A DNA stretch of 64,000 bases from a plasmid. Position 1 is the stretch's first letter; each line of letters starts with the position of its first letter. Below are positions 9,498-19,718 of the stretch, in pieces. Both the position numbers and the translations under genes were made by a program. Below the pieces are notes generated by a model. The model was not told the DNA's origin and searched no databases. It worked only from the letters and a program-made list of their open reading frames with translations. Where the stretch lies: sequence record NZ_CP024426.1; one strand, 5' to 3'.

Positions 9498-10679
9498 ATG
9501 ACAGAAGCAGCCTTGAAATTCAGCCGCGCCGAATATGCCGACCGCCTGCGCAAGACCCGCCAGGCGATGGAGGAGAAGGGCGTCGATCTGCTGATCGTCA
9601 CCGATCCCTCGAACATGAACTGGCTGACCGGCTATGACGGCTGGTCGTTCTATGTGCACCAATGCGTCGTGGTCCCGCCCGAGGGCGAGCCGATCTTCTT
9701 CGGCCGGGCCATGGATGCCGTGGGCGCGCGCTTCACCGCCTATCTGAACGAAGCCAATGTCATCGGCTATCCCGACGACTATGTGCAGAACACCCAGAAA
9801 CATCCGATGGACCTGCTGTCGCAGATCCTCAAGGACAAGGGCTGGGGCGCGAAACGCATCGGCGCCGAGATGGACAACTACTGGTTCACCGCCGCCGCCT
9901 TCGCCGCCCTGCAAAGGCACCTGCCCGACGCGACGTTCAGCGACACCACCGGGCTGGTGAACTGGCAGCGCGCGGTGAAATCCCCGACCGAGCTTGACTA
10001 CATGCGCAAGGCCGGGGCCATCGTGACGAAGATGCACGAACGCATCTTCGAGAAGATCGAGCCGGGGATGCGCAAATGCGACCTGGTGGCGGAAATCTAT
10101 GACGCGGGCATCCGTGGCACCGACGGCTTTGGCGGCGATTACCCGGCCATCGTGCCGCTGCTGCCCTCGGGGCGCGAGGCGGCGGCGGCACATCTGACCT
10201 GGGACGACCGGCCGATGCGCGCGGGCGAGGGCACCTTCTTTGAAATCGCGGGTTGCTATAACCGCTATCACGCGCCCTTGTCGCGAACGGTCTTCCTGGG
10301 CAAGCCGCCCAAGGTTTTCACCGAAGGCGAACAGGCCGTGCTGGAGGGGATGGAGGCCGGGCTCGAGGCCGCGCGCGCGGGCAATACCTGCGAACAGTTC
10401 GCCGGAGCCTTCTTTGCCGTGCTGAAGAAATACGGCATCGTCAAGGACGGCCGCACCGGATACGGCATCGGCGTCAGCTATCCGCCCGACTGGGGCGAAC
10501 GCACCATGTCGCTGCGTCCGGGCGACCGCACCGTGCTGCAACCCGGCATGACCTTCCATTTCATGACCGGCCTCTGGACCGACGAGATGGGGCTGGAGAT
10601 CACCGAAAGCGTCGTCATCACCGAGGGCGCGCCGGAACTGCTGGCCTCGGTGCCGCGCAAGCTGTTCGTGAAGGACTGA
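9498..10679 (+). CDS. doeA: ectoine hydrolase DoeA/EutD (M24 creatinase/Xaa-Pro peptidase family)
   Basis: 393 aa. Creatinase-like N-terminal domain plus pita-bread fold. Position follows eutC, as in doe/eut clusters. Confidence 0.75.
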   Translation: MTEAALKFSRAEYADRLRKTRQAMEEKGVDLLIVTDPSNMNWLTGYDGWSFYVHQCVVVPPEGEPIFFGRAMDAVGARFTAYLNEANVIGYPDDYVQNTQKHPMDLLSQILKDKGWGAKRIGAEMDNYWFTAAAFAALQRHLPDATFSDTTGLVNWQRAVKSPTELDYMRKAGAIVTKMHERIFEKIEPGMRKCDLVAEIYDAGIRGTDGFGGDYPAIVPLLPSGREAAAAHLTWDDRPMRAGEGTFFEIAGCYNRYHAPLSRTVFLGKPPKVFTEGEQAVLEGMEAGLEAARAGNTCEQFAGAFFAVLKKYGIVKDGRTGYGIGVSYPPDWGERTMSLRPGDRTVLQPGMTFHFMTGLWTDEMGLEITESVVITEGAPELLASVPRKLFVKD

Positions 10680-10683
10680 CGCC

Positions 10684-11694
10684 ATGTTGCAGATGCAGCT
10701 GACGCCGTCGCCCATCACGGCGACGGTGGATTTCTCGGCGCCCGGGGTCAGCCACGGCTTCCTGCGCCTGCCCTATTCGCGCGACGACGCGGCCTGGGGG
10801 TCGATCATGACCCCCATCACCGTGGTCAACAATGGCGAAGGCCCGACCGCCCTGCTGACCGGGGCGAACCACGGCGACGAATACGAAGGCCCGATCGCAT
10901 TGTTCGACCTGGCCGCGACCATCCGGGCCGAGGACGTGACCGGCCGCATCATCATCGTGCCGGCGATGAACTATCCGGCCTTCGGGGCGGGGACGCGCAC
11001 CTCGCCCATCGACCGGGGCAACCTGAACCGCAGCTTTCCGGGGCGTCCCGACGGCACGGTGACGCAGAAGATCGCCGACTACTTTCAGCGGGTTCTGCTG
11101 CCCATGGCCGATGTGGTGGTGGATTTCCATTCGGGCGGCCGGACGCTGGACTTCCTGCCTTATTGCGCCGCCCACATCCTGCCCGACAAGCGGCAGGAGG
11201 GGCAGAGCTTCGACCTGGTGCGGGCCTTTGGCGCGCCCTGGTCGGTCAGGATGCTGGAAATCGACCCCGTCGGTATGTACGACACCGCGGCCGAGGAGAT
11301 GGGCAAGATCTTCGTCACCACCGAACTGGGTGGCGGCGGCACAGCGACCGCGCGCACGGCGGGCATCGCCAAGCGCGGCCTGCGGAACCTGCTAATCGCT
11401 GCCGGCGCGATGCGGGGCGAGGTCCGGGCCCAGCCGACGCAATGGCTGGACATGCCCGACGCCGATTGCTTCACCTTTGCCGAGGACGGCGGGCTGATCG
11501 AATTCCTGGCCGACCTGGGCGACGCCCTCGACAAGGGCCAGCCGGTCGCCCGCATCTATCCGATGACCCGCACCGGCATCGCCCCGGTCACGGTCACGGC
11601 CAACCGCGCGGGCCTGTTCATGGCCCGGCATTTTCCCGGAATCGTCAAGCCCGGCGACTGCGTGGCAGTCGTCGGCGTGGAAATCGAGGCATGA
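10684..11694 (+). CDS. doeB: N-alpha-acetyl-L-2,4-diaminobutyrate deacetylase DoeB/EutE (succinylglutamate desuccinylase/aspartoacylase family)
   Basis: 336 aa. AstE/AspA-type Zn-binding pattern (LTGANHGDEYEG ... DFHSGG). Confidence 0.75.
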   Translation: MLQMQLTPSPITATVDFSAPGVSHGFLRLPYSRDDAAWGSIMTPITVVNNGEGPTALLTGANHGDEYEGPIALFDLAATIRAEDVTGRIIIVPAMNYPAFGAGTRTSPIDRGNLNRSFPGRPDGTVTQKIADYFQRVLLPMADVVVDFHSGGRTLDFLPYCAAHILPDKRQEGQSFDLVRAFGAPWSVRMLEIDPVGMYDTAAEEMGKIFVTTELGGGGTATARTAGIAKRGLRNLLIAAGAMRGEVRAQPTQWLDMPDADCFTFAEDGGLIEFLADLGDALDKGQPVARIYPMTRTGIAPVTVTANRAGLFMARHFPGIVKPGDCVAVVGVEIEA

Positions 11695-11695
11695 G

Positions 11696-13159
11696 ATGCT
11701 GGACCTTCCTTCCTTCGTTGCCGACCCCGCGCTGATCCGCGCCGATGCCCATGTCGGGGGCCAGTGGCAGGGCGCCGCGCAGCGGTTTGCCGTGACCGAC
11801 CCCGCCACGGGCCAGACCATCGCCCAGGTGGCGCAGCTGGACGCCGACGCCGCTCGCGCCGCCGTCGATGTGGCCCAGGCCGCCTTTCACGACTGGGCCT
11901 GGCGCCTGCCGCAGGACCGCGCCGCCATCCTGCAGCGCTGGTTCCACCTGGTGCAGGACGCGCGCGAGGACCTGGCCCGGATCATGACCGCCGAACAGGG
12001 CAAGCCGCTGTCCGAAGCGCGGGGCGAGATCGACTATGCCGCCAGCTTCATCGAGTTCTATGCCGAAGAGGCGCGCCGCCCGAACATCGAAAGCGTCACC
12101 TCGCATCTGGCCACGGCCGAGATGGAACTGTGGCGCGAACCCGTGGGCGTCGCAGCCCTGGTCACGCCCTGGAATTTCCCCTGCGCGATGATCACCCGCA
12201 AGGCCGCCGCCGCGCTGGCGGCGGGCTGCACGGTGGTCGTCCACCCCTCGGCCGAAACGCCGCTGTCGGCGCTGGCCTTGGCGGAACTCGCGCAGCGCGC
12301 GGGCTTTCCGCCCGGCGTCTTCAACGTGGTGACGGGCGACGCGCCCGAGATCGTGGGCGCCTGGTGCCAGGATGCGCGGGTGCGGGCGCTGTCCTTTACC
12401 GGTTCGACCCGCGTGGGCAAGCTGCTTTACCGGCAGTCCTCGGATACGGTCAAGCGGCTGGTGCTGGAACTGGGCGGCCACGCCCCCTTCATCGTCTTTG
12501 CCGAGGCCGATCTGGACCAGGCGCTGGACGAGGCGATCAAGGCCAAGTTCGCGACCTCGGGCCAGGACTGCCTGGGGGCCAACCGCTTCCTGGTCGAACG
12601 CCCGGTCTATGACGCCTTTTGCAAAGGCTTTGCCGCCCGCACCCGCGCCCTGACCCTGGGCCCGGGCGTCGAGGACCGCGACCTCGGCCCCCTGATGAAC
12701 GAGGCCGCCATAGCCAAGCAGGAAGAACACGTTGCCGATGCCATGGCCCGCGGCGCGCGCCTGCTGACGGGCGGACAGCGCGATCCGCAGGGGCCGCTGT
12801 TCTATCAGCCGACCGTGCTGGCCGACGTGCCGCGCGACGCGCTGATCTTTCACGAGGAAACCTTCGGCCCGGTCGCCGCCATCGCCCCCTTCGACGACGA
12901 AGCCGAGGCGGTCGCCATCGCGAACGCGACCGAATACGGGCTGGTCGCCTATTTGCACAGCCAGGACCCGCGCCGCATCTATCGCCTGTCGCGCGCGCTG
13001 GAGTTCGGCATGGTCGCCGTCAACCGCACCAAGGTCACCGGCGCGCCGATCCCCTTTGGTGGCATGAAGCAGTCGGGCCTGGCCCGCGAAGGCTCGCGCC
13101 ACGGGCTCGAGGCCTTCACCGACATCAAATACGTCTGCCGCGACTGGAGCCAGTCATGA
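11696..13159 (+). CDS. doeC: NAD(P)-dependent aldehyde dehydrogenase (DoeC-like; succinate/aspartate-semialdehyde dehydrogenase family)
   Basis: ALDH superfamily, 487 aa, with the catalytic region FTGSTRVGK...[10 protein letters not shown]...[10 protein letters not shown]. Confidence 0.8.
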   Translation: MLDLPSFVADPALIRADAHVGGQWQGAAQRFAVTDPATGQTIAQVAQLDADAARAAVDVAQAAFHDWAWRLPQDRAAILQRWFHLVQDAREDLARIMTAEQGKPLSEARGEIDYAASFIEFYAEEARRPNIESVTSHLATAEMELWREPVGVAALVTPWNFPCAMITRKAAAALAAGCTVVVHPSAETPLSALALAELAQRAGFPPGVFNVVTGDAPEIVGAWCQDARVRALSFTGSTRVGKLLYRQSSDTVKRLVLELGGHAPFIVFAEADLDQALDEAIKAKFATSGQDCLGANRFLVERPVYDAFCKGFAARTRALTLGPGVEDRDLGPLMNEAAIAKQEEHVADAMARGARLLTGGQRDPQGPLFYQPTVLADVPRDALIFHEETFGPVAAIAPFDDEAEAVAIANATEYGLVAYLHSQDPRRIYRLSRALEFGMVAVNRTKVTGAPIPFGGMKQSGLAREGSRHGLEAFTDIKYVCRDWSQS

Positions 13160-14556
13160 GCAGCGCCCTGAAAGGAGACACCATGCTGACCAATGACGAG
13201 CTTGCGAAATGGGACCGCGAGAATTTCATGCACCCCTCGACCAATCTGGCGCAATTCGCGCGGGGCGAGGCGCCGCAGCGCATCGTAACGGGGGGTGAGG
13301 GCGTCCATATCACCGATCGCGACGGCAATCGCCTGCTGGACGCCTTTGCCGGGCTTTACTGCGTGAACGTGGGCTATGGCCGGACCGAGATCAGCGAGGC
13401 GATCGCCGCGCAGGCGCGCGAACTGGCCTATTACCACGCCTATGCCGGGCACGGGTCCGAGGCGTCGATCACGCTGGCCAAGATGGTGATGGAGCGCGCG
13501 CCCCAAGGCATGGCGCGGGTCTATTTCGGCCTGGGCGGGTCGGATGCCAATGAAACCAACGTCAAGCTTGTCTGGTATTACAACAACATCCGCGGCCTGC
13601 CCCAGAAGAAGAAGATCATCTCGCGCTGGCGCGGCTATCACGGCTCGGGGCTGGTCACGGGCTCGCTGACGGGACTGGAGCTGTTCCACAAGAAATTCGA
13701 CCTGCCGCTGGCGCAGGTGATCCATACCGAGGCGCCCTACTACTTCCGCCGCAAGGACGCGGGCATGACCGAGGAAGCGTTCAGCGCCCATTGCGCCGAC
13801 GAACTGGACAAGCTGATCGCCCGCGAAGGCGCAGACACCATCGCCGCCTTCATCGGCGAGCCGGTGCTGGGCACGGGGGGCATCGTGCCGCCCCCGCGCG
13901 GTTACTGGGACGCCATCCAGAAGGTGCTGGCGCGCCATGACATCCTGCTGATCGCGGACGAGGTGGTGACGGGGTTCGGCCGACTGGGCAGCATGTTCGG
14001 CAGCGACCATTACGGGCTTAAGCCGGACCTGATCACCATCGCCAAGGGGCTGACCTCGGCCTATGCGCCCTTGTCGGGCAGCATCGTCGGGCAAAGGATG
14101 TGGGACGTGCTGGTGCAGGGTGCCGACGAATTCGGCGTGCTGGGCCATGGCTGGACCTATTCCGCCCATCCCATCGGCGCGGCCGCCGGCATCGCCAACC
14201 TCAAGCTGATCGACGAACTGGGGCTGCTCGGCAATGCCGCGCGCACCGGTGCCTATCTGAACGCGCAGATGCAGGCGGCGCTGGCCGATCACCCGAACGT
14301 GGGCGAAATCCGGGGCGAGGGCATGCTGTGCGCCGTCGAACTGGTCGCAGACCGCGCCGCCCGCCGGCATTTCGATCCCGGCCAGGCAATGGGCGCCAAG
14401 GTCGTCGCCGCCATGTTGAAGCGCGGCGTGATCGCGCGCGCCATGCCGCAAGGCGACATCCTGGGCTTTGCCCCGCCGCTCTGCCTGACCGAGGCCGAAG
14501 CCGACACCATCGTCGGCGTCACCGCGGAGGCCCTGGCCGAGGTCTGCGGTGGCTGA
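13156..14556 (+). CDS. doeD: class III aminotransferase (DoeD-like diaminobutyrate transaminase)
   Basis: ATGA overlap with doeC. Class III aminotransferase motifs ([24 protein letters not shown]). Confidence 0.8.
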   Translation: MSSALKGDTMLTNDELAKWDRENFMHPSTNLAQFARGEAPQRIVTGGEGVHITDRDGNRLLDAFAGLYCVNVGYGRTEISEAIAAQARELAYYHAYAGHGSEASITLAKMVMERAPQGMARVYFGLGGSDANETNVKLVWYYNNIRGLPQKKKIISRWRGYHGSGLVTGSLTGLELFHKKFDLPLAQVIHTEAPYYFRRKDAGMTEEAFSAHCADELDKLIAREGADTIAAFIGEPVLGTGGIVPPPRGYWDAIQKVLARHDILLIADEVVTGFGRLGSMFGSDHYGLKPDLITIAKGLTSAYAPLSGSIVGQRMWDVLVQGADEFGVLGHGWTYSAHPIGAAAGIANLKLIDELGLLGNAARTGAYLNAQMQAALADHPNVGEIRGEGMLCAVELVADRAARRHFDPGQAMGAKVVAAMLKRGVIARAMPQGDILGFAPPLCLTEAEADTIVGVTAEALAEVCGG

Positions 14557-14569
14557 GATCCCGCAAAGG

Positions 14570-15640
14570 ATGCGCGCCATGGTCCTGACGGGCCATGGCG
14601 GCATCGACCGGCTGGAATGGCGCACCGACTGGCCGGTGCCCGTCCCGAAAGCGGGCGAGGTTCTGGTCCGCATCACCGCCTGCGCCAAGAACAACACCGA
14701 CCGCAAGGTGCGCGAGGGGCTTTACTCCACCGCGGACGACGGCGCGGTGACATCATTCGCCATGGCCGGAAACACGTTGCGCTTTCCCCGCATCCAGGGG
14801 GCGGATGTCGTGGGCCATGTGGTCGCGGTGGGCAAAGACGTGTCGCCCGAACGGATCGGCGAACGCGGCCTGCTGGACTTCAACATCTATCCCGATGCCC
14901 GGCGGGACCTGAACCTCGCGCCCGACTATTACGGGCATGGCGCCGATGGCGGCTATGCCGAATACGGCGCCTTCCCCTCGGATCAGTTCCACCACACCCC
15001 GAACCCCGACCTGTCGGATGCCGAATTGGCGACGCTGGGCCTGTGTTCGTGGCAGTCGGGCTATCACATGCTGACCTCGGCTGGCGTCGCGGCGGGCGAA
15101 CATGTGCTGGTCACGGGCGCCTCGGGTGGGGTCGGGACGGCGCTGATCCAGCTGTGCCGCGTGATCGGGGCGGTGCCGCACGCGATCGCCAGCCCGGGCA
15201 AGGCGGCTGCGCTGAAGGCGCTGGGGGCGGAGACCGTGCTGGACCGCAGCGGCGACTGGCCCCGGGCGCTTGCCGGCATCGCCATCGACGCGGCGATGGA
15301 CCTGGTCGGCGGCGCCATGACCGTGCCGCTGATCCAGGCCATGTGCCGCGACCTGCGCGCCCGCAGGACCCCGCCGCGCCTGTCCATTGCCGGGGCCGGC
15401 GGCGGCAATGTCACGCCCCTGCCCTGGACGCTGATCTATCTGAACCAGGTGCAGATCTTTGGCGTCTCGCACGGCACCCGGGCCGAGGCCGAGCAGTTGA
15501 TCGCCTGGATCCGCGACGGCCGGCTGAAGCCGGTGCTGGCCGAAACCCTGCCGCTGTCGCGCCTGCACGACGCCGAAACCCGCTTCACCGCCCGCGGCGC
15601 GGACTTCGTCGGCAAGATGGTGATCGTCCCCGATCAATAG
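14570..15640 (+). CDS. MDR-superfamily Zn-dependent alcohol dehydrogenase / quinone oxidoreductase
   Basis: GxGxxG NAD(P) motif VTGASGGVGTALIQL. Start is uncertain: GTG 14549, ATG 14570 (MRAMVL) or ATG 14579. Confidence 0.72.
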   Translation: MRAMVLTGHGGIDRLEWRTDWPVPVPKAGEVLVRITACAKNNTDRKVREGLYSTADDGAVTSFAMAGNTLRFPRIQGADVVGHVVAVGKDVSPERIGERGLLDFNIYPDARRDLNLAPDYYGHGADGGYAEYGAFPSDQFHHTPNPDLSDAELATLGLCSWQSGYHMLTSAGVAAGEHVLVTGASGGVGTALIQLCRVIGAVPHAIASPGKAAALKALGAETVLDRSGDWPRALAGIAIDAAMDLVGGAMTVPLIQAMCRDLRARRTPPRLSIAGAGGGNVTPLPWTLIYLNQVQIFGVSHGTRAEAEQLIAWIRDGRLKPVLAETLPLSRLHDAETRFTARGADFVGKMVIVPDQ

Positions 15641-16188
15641 ACGGGCGGCGCCACGATCCAGACGACCACCGCCGGTTCATCGCCGGGATTGCGCCAGGCA
15701 TAGGACTTGCCGGCGAACTGGAAGCTGTCGCCGGGGGCCAGGTCGAACGCGGTGCCGTCGATGGTCAGCCGCAGCTGCCCCGAGATCAGCACGCCGCCAT
15801 CCTCGCGGGGGGCGGCGGGCCGGACGGCGGCGCTTTCCGAGCGGGGGGCAAAGGTCGACTTGATCATCTCGAACGAGCCGCTGAGCGCGGGCGACAGCAA
15901 CTCCTCGGTCAATCCGCTTTCCGGGGTGCCGATGGCCATGCGGTCCGCGGCGCGCAGGATCAGGCCGCGTTCCTCGGGCGCGCGGGAGGATGAGCGAAAG
16001 AAGAAGCTGATGCTGACGCCAAGCCGGTTCGCGATGGCGCCCAGATCATGGACCGACGGGGTCGTCTGGCCGCGCTCGACCTGGCTCAGCCAGCCGACCG
16101 AGCGGCCGACGGCGGCCGAAAGCTCGGCCAGCCGCAGGTTGCGTGATTTCCGCAGCGACCGGATGTCTTCACCCACATGATGGTTCAT
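15634..16188 (-). CDS. XRE-family HTH regulator with C-terminal cupin domain
   Basis: N-terminal HTH_3 (IRSLRKSRNLRLAELSAAVGRSVGWLSQVERG) and a C-terminal cupin beta-barrel. Divergent from the DMGDH-family gene. Confidence 0.75.
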   Translation of the reverse strand: MNHHVGEDIRSLRKSRNLRLAELSAAVGRSVGWLSQVERGQTTPSVHDLGAIANRLGVSISFFFRSSSRAPEERGLILRAADRMAIGTPESGLTEELLSPALSGSFEMIKSTFAPRSESAAVRPAAPREDGGVLISGQLRLTIDGTAFDLAPGDSFQFAGKSYAWRNPGDEPAVVVWIVAPPVY

Positions 16189-16287
16189 CGGCTCTCCCTC
16201 GAGGACGGCCGCAGGCTGCCGTGCCTGGCATGAAATTTCAACAGCGGGTGATCGTTGGATGTGAAAGATGGCGATAATACTTTCTTG

Positions 16288-16318
16288 AAATGAAAATTTT
16301 TATTGATTTTTCATTTTT
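16288..16318. promoter_or_regulatory. AT-rich 31-bp palindrome (GAAATGAAAA-N11-TTTTCATTT) in the divergent intergenic region; candidate operator
   Basis: 9 of 10 matching arms centred on tttttattgat. It lies about 95 bp upstream of the DMGDH start and about 100 bp upstream of the XRE-cupin regulator start. This is the only AT-rich patch in that 220-bp spacer. Confidence 0.4.
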
Positions 16319-16409
16319 GCGGTGAATAGTCGGCTTGACGGCCGCAGCCCTGCCCCTTTCCCCCGGGACGGCTGCGCCCCTTGCCCGGTTCAACAGCGGA
16401 TCACCCACC

Positions 16410-18857
16410 ATGGCCGAACTGCCCACCCAAGCCCGCGTCGTCATTATCGGAGGCGGCATTTCCGGCTGTTCCGTCGCCTATCACCTGGCGCAGCTCGGCT
16501 GGACCGACATCCTGCTGCTCGAGCGCAAGCAGCTGACCTCGGGCACCACCTGGCATGCGGCGGGGCTGATCGGTCAGCTGCGCGCCAGCCAGAACATGAC
16601 GCGGCTGGCGAAATATTCCGCCGATCTTTACACCCGGCTTGAGGCGGAAACCGGGCTGGCGACCGGCTTGCGGCAATGCGGCTCGATCACCGTCGCGCTG
16701 ACCGGGGAGCGGCGCGAGGAGATCTTGCGCCAGGCGGCCTTGGCCCGCGCCTTCGGCGTGGACGTGAACGAGCTTTCCCCACGCGAAGTGCTGGCGCTTT
16801 ACCCCCATCTGGAAGTTTCGGACGTGGTGGCGGGCGTCCACCTGCCGCTGGATGGGCAGGCCGATCCGGGCAATATCGCGCTGGCACTGGCCAAGGGCGC
16901 ACGGATGCGCGGGGCCCGCATCGTCGAGCAGGTCAGGGTCACGCGCGTCACCACCGCCAACGGCCGCGTGTCCGGTGTCGACTGGGCATGCGGCAGCGAA
17001 AGCGGCCATATTGCCTGCGAAAACGTGGTGAACTGCGGCGGCATGTGGGGTCGCGATCTGGCCGCCCGGAACGATGTCACCCTGCCGCTGCACGCCTGCG
17101 AGCATTTCTATATCGTCACCGAAACCATTCCCGAACTTGCCCGGCTTCCCGTGCTGCGCGTCCCCGACGAATGCGCCTATTACAAGGAGGACGCGGGCAA
17201 GATCCTGCTGGGTGCGTTCGAACCCAGGGCAAAGCCCTGGGGCATGGCGGGCATCCCCGAGGATTTCTGCTTTGACCAGTTGCCCGAGGATTTCGACCAT
17301 TTCGAACCGATCCTGGAAAAGGCCGTCGCCCGCATGCCGCTGCTGGCGCAGGCGGGGATCCATACCTTCTTCAACGGCCCCGAAAGCTTCACCCCCGATG
17401 ACCGCTATTATCTGGGCGAGGCGCCGGAGCTGAAAGGCTATTGGGTCGCGGCGGGCTATAATTCCATCGGCATCGCGTCCTCGGGCGGGGCGGGCATGGC
17501 GCTGGCGCAGTGGATGGCCGACGGCGAGCCGCCCTTCGACCTGTGGGAGGTCGATATCCGCCGCGCCCAGCCCTTCCAGAAGAACCGCCGCTATCTGAAG
17601 GAACGCGTGACCGAAACGCTGGGCCTGCTTTACGCCGACCATTTCCCCTATCGGCAGATGGCGACGGCGCGCGGCATCCGCCGCTCGCCCCTGCATGGGC
17701 ATCTGAAGGCACGCGGCGCCGTCTTTGGCGAGGTCGCGGGCTGGGAACGGGCCAACTGGTTCGCGCGCGAAGGCCAGCCCCGCGAATACCGCTATTCCTG
17801 GCAGCGCCAGAACTGGTTCGACAACCAGCGCGCCGAGCATATGGCCCTGCGCGAGGGCGTGGGCCTGCTGGACATGTCCAGTTTCGGCAAGATCCGGGTC
17901 GAGGGGCGCGACGCGCTTGCCTTCCTGCAACGGCTTTGCGCAGCCGACATGGCGGTGCCGGCGGGCCGCATCGTCTATACCCAGATGCTGAACGCGCGCG
18001 GCGGCATCGAGTCGGACCTGACCGTGACCCGGCTGTCGGAAACGGCCTTCCTGCTGGTGGTGCCCGGCGCCACCTTGCAGCGGGACCTGGCCTGGCTGCG
18101 CCGGCATCTGGGCGACGAATGGGCGGTCATCACCGACATCACCGCAGCCGAGGCTGTGCTGCCGCTGATGGGCCCGCGCTCGCGCGCGCTTTTGTCGCTG
18201 GTCTCGCCCAACGATTTCTCGAACGCGGCGCATCCCTTCGGCACGGCCCGCGACATCGAGATCGGCATGGGCCTGGCCCGTGCCCATCGCGTGACCTATG
18301 TGGGCGAACTCGGGTGGGAGCTTTACGTCCCGACCGACCAGGCCGCGCATGTGTTCGAGACTCTGGTCGAGGCGGGCGAACAGGGCGGGCTGACGCTATG
18401 CGGTCTGCACGCCATGGATTCATGCCGCATCGAAAAGGCCTATCGCCATTTCGGCCATGACATCACCGACGAGGATCACGTGCTGGAGGCGGGCCTGGGC
18501 TTTGCCGTCAAGACCGGCAAGGGCGATTTCATCGGCCGCGATGCCGTGCTGAGAAAGCGCGACGCGGGGCTGGGGCGCCGCCTGGTCCAGTTCCGGCTGC
18601 GCGACCCTGGACCGCTGCTGTTTCACAACGAACCCATCCTGCGCGATGGCAGGATCGTGAGCCAGCTTACCTCGGGCAATTACGGCCATGCGCTTGGCGC
18701 GGCCATCGGCCTCGGCTATGTGCCCTGCCGCCCGGACGAGACGCCCGAGGAGATGCTGGCCGCCGATTACAGCATCGACGTTGCCGGCCGCATCGTCCCG
18801 GCCGAGGCCAGCCTGTCCCCGCTTTACGATCCCGGGTCGGCCCGCGTACGCGGCTGA
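16410..18857 (+). CDS. dimethylglycine/sarcosine dehydrogenase-family flavoprotein (FAD DAO domain + GcvT aminomethyltransferase-like folate domain)
   Basis: FAD motif VVIIGGGISGCSVAYHL at the N-terminus, then GcvT-like C-terminal domains. 816 aa from the internal ATG at 16410. Confidence 0.8.
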   Translation: MAELPTQARVVIIGGGISGCSVAYHLAQLGWTDILLLERKQLTSGTTWHAAGLIGQLRASQNMTRLAKYSADLYTRLEAETGLATGLRQCGSITVALTGERREEILRQAALARAFGVDVNELSPREVLALYPHLEVSDVVAGVHLPLDGQADPGNIALALAKGARMRGARIVEQVRVTRVTTANGRVSGVDWACGSESGHIACENVVNCGGMWGRDLAARNDVTLPLHACEHFYIVTETIPELARLPVLRVPDECAYYKEDAGKILLGAFEPRAKPWGMAGIPEDFCFDQLPEDFDHFEPILEKAVARMPLLAQAGIHTFFNGPESFTPDDRYYLGEAPELKGYWVAAGYNSIGIASSGGAGMALAQWMADGEPPFDLWEVDIRRAQPFQKNRRYLKERVTETLGLLYADHFPYRQMATARGIRRSPLHGHLKARGAVFGEVAGWERANWFAREGQPREYRYSWQRQNWFDNQRAEHMALREGVGLLDMSSFGKIRVEGRDALAFLQRLCAADMAVPAGRIVYTQMLNARGGIESDLTVTRLSETAFLLVVPGATLQRDLAWLRRHLGDEWAVITDITAAEAVLPLMGPRSRALLSLVSPNDFSNAAHPFGTARDIEIGMGLARAHRVTYVGELGWELYVPTDQAAHVFETLVEAGEQGGLTLCGLHAMDSCRIEKAYRHFGHDITDEDHVLEAGLGFAVKTGKGDFIGRDAVLRKRDAGLGRRLVQFRLRDPGPLLFHNEPILRDGRIVSQLTSGNYGHALGAAIGLGYVPCRPDETPEEMLAADYSIDVAGRIVPAEASLSPLYDPGSARVRG

Positions 18858-18869
18858 TCGGGCTGTTCC

Positions 18870-19718
18870 TTATTCGGAAACGTCCAGCCCCAGGTCCAGC
18901 ACCGGCGCCGAATGGGTCAGCGCCCCGACCGAGATGTAATCCACCCCCGTCGCGGCGACCTCGGCGATGCGGTCCAGCCGCATGTTGCCCGAGGCCTCGG
19001 TGACCAGCCGGCCCGCGACCATGCCGACCGCGTTTCGCAGCGTGGGCGTGTCCATGTTGTCCAGCAGCACGACGTCGGCGCCGCCCTCGTCCAGGGCTTC
19101 GGCCAGCTGGTCCAGCCGGTCGACCTCGATCTCGACCCGGATCATGTGCGAGGCGCGGGCCTTGACCGCCTGCAGGACGGGCCGGATGCCGCCCGCCGCC
19201 GCGATGTGGTTGTCCTTGATCAGGATCGCGTCCGACAGGCTGAAGCGGTGGTTGAAGCCGCCGCCGTGCAGCACGGCCTGCTTTTCGACCAGGCGCAGGC
19301 CCGGGGTGGTCTTGCGCGTGCAGGTGATCCGCGCCTTCGTTCCGGCCGCCTGCGCGACGAAATCCGCCGTCCGGGTCGCGATGCCGCACAGCCTGCCGGC
19401 AAAGTTCAGCGCCACCCGCTCGGCCGACAGGATGGCGGCGGCGTCGCCCGCGACCTCGGCCAGGGTCTGGCCCTTGTCAAAGCGGGTGCCGTCGGGAACC
19501 AGGATCTGCAAGGCCAGCGCCGGATCGACCAGCCGGAAGGCGATGGCCGCAAGCTGCATCCCCGAAGCGACGCCCGCCTCGCGCGCGACGATCCGGGCGG
19601 CATAGCGGGTGCCGGGCGCAATGACCGTGCGCGTGGTCAGGTCGCCATAGGTGCCCAGGTCCTCGAGCAGGGCGGCGCGGACCAGGGGCTCAAGGATCAT
19701 GTCGGGGAACGGGGTCAT
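18870..19718 (-). CDS. nadC: nicotinate-nucleotide pyrophosphorylase (carboxylating)
   Basis: 282 aa. Start at the internal ATG (MTPFPDMILEPL) with a GAAGGAAA Shine-Dalgarno-like sequence. The 495-aa track ORF is an upstream read-through. Confidence 0.9.
   Translation of the reverse strand: MTPFPDMILEPLVRAALLEDLGTYGDLTTRTVIAPGTRYAARIVAREAGVASGMQLAAIAFRLVDPALALQILVPDGTRFDKGQTLAEVAGDAAAILSAERVALNFAGRLCGIATRTADFVAQAAGTKARITCTRKTTPGLRLVEKQAVLHGGGFNHRFSLSDAILIKDNHIAAAGGIRPVLQAVKARASHMIRVEIEVDRLDQLAEALDEGGADVVLLDNMDTPTLRNAVGMVAGRLVTEASGNMRLDRIAEVAATGVDYISVGALTHSAPVLDLGLDVSE

Noticed and set aside
9477-10718. Long GC-rich antisense ORF opposite doeA (9498-10679, 413 aa)
   Set aside because: Arg/Gly/Ala/Pro-rich junk translation with no motifs, typical of the stop-poor antisense frame in high-GC DNA. 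The opposite strand encodes the motif-rich ectoine hydrolase.
11645-13102. Long GC-rich antisense ORF opposite doeC (11696-13159, 485 aa)
   Set aside because: Arg/Gly/Ala/Pro-rich junk translation with no motifs, typical of the stop-poor antisense frame in high-GC DNA. The opposite strand encodes the motif-rich aldehyde dehydrogenase.
12979-14706. Long GC-rich antisense ORF opposite doeD (13156-14556, 575 aa)
   Set aside because: Arg/Gly/Ala/Pro-rich junk translation with no motifs, typical of the stop-poor antisense frame in high-GC DNA. The opposite strand encodes the motif-rich class III aminotransferase.
16401-18350. Long GC-rich antisense ORF opposite the DMGDH-family gene (16410-18857, 649 aa)
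   Set aside because: Arg/Gly/Ala/Pro-rich junk translation with no motifs, typical of the stop-poor antisense frame in high-GC DNA. The opposite strand encodes the motif-rich FAD/GcvT flavoprotein.
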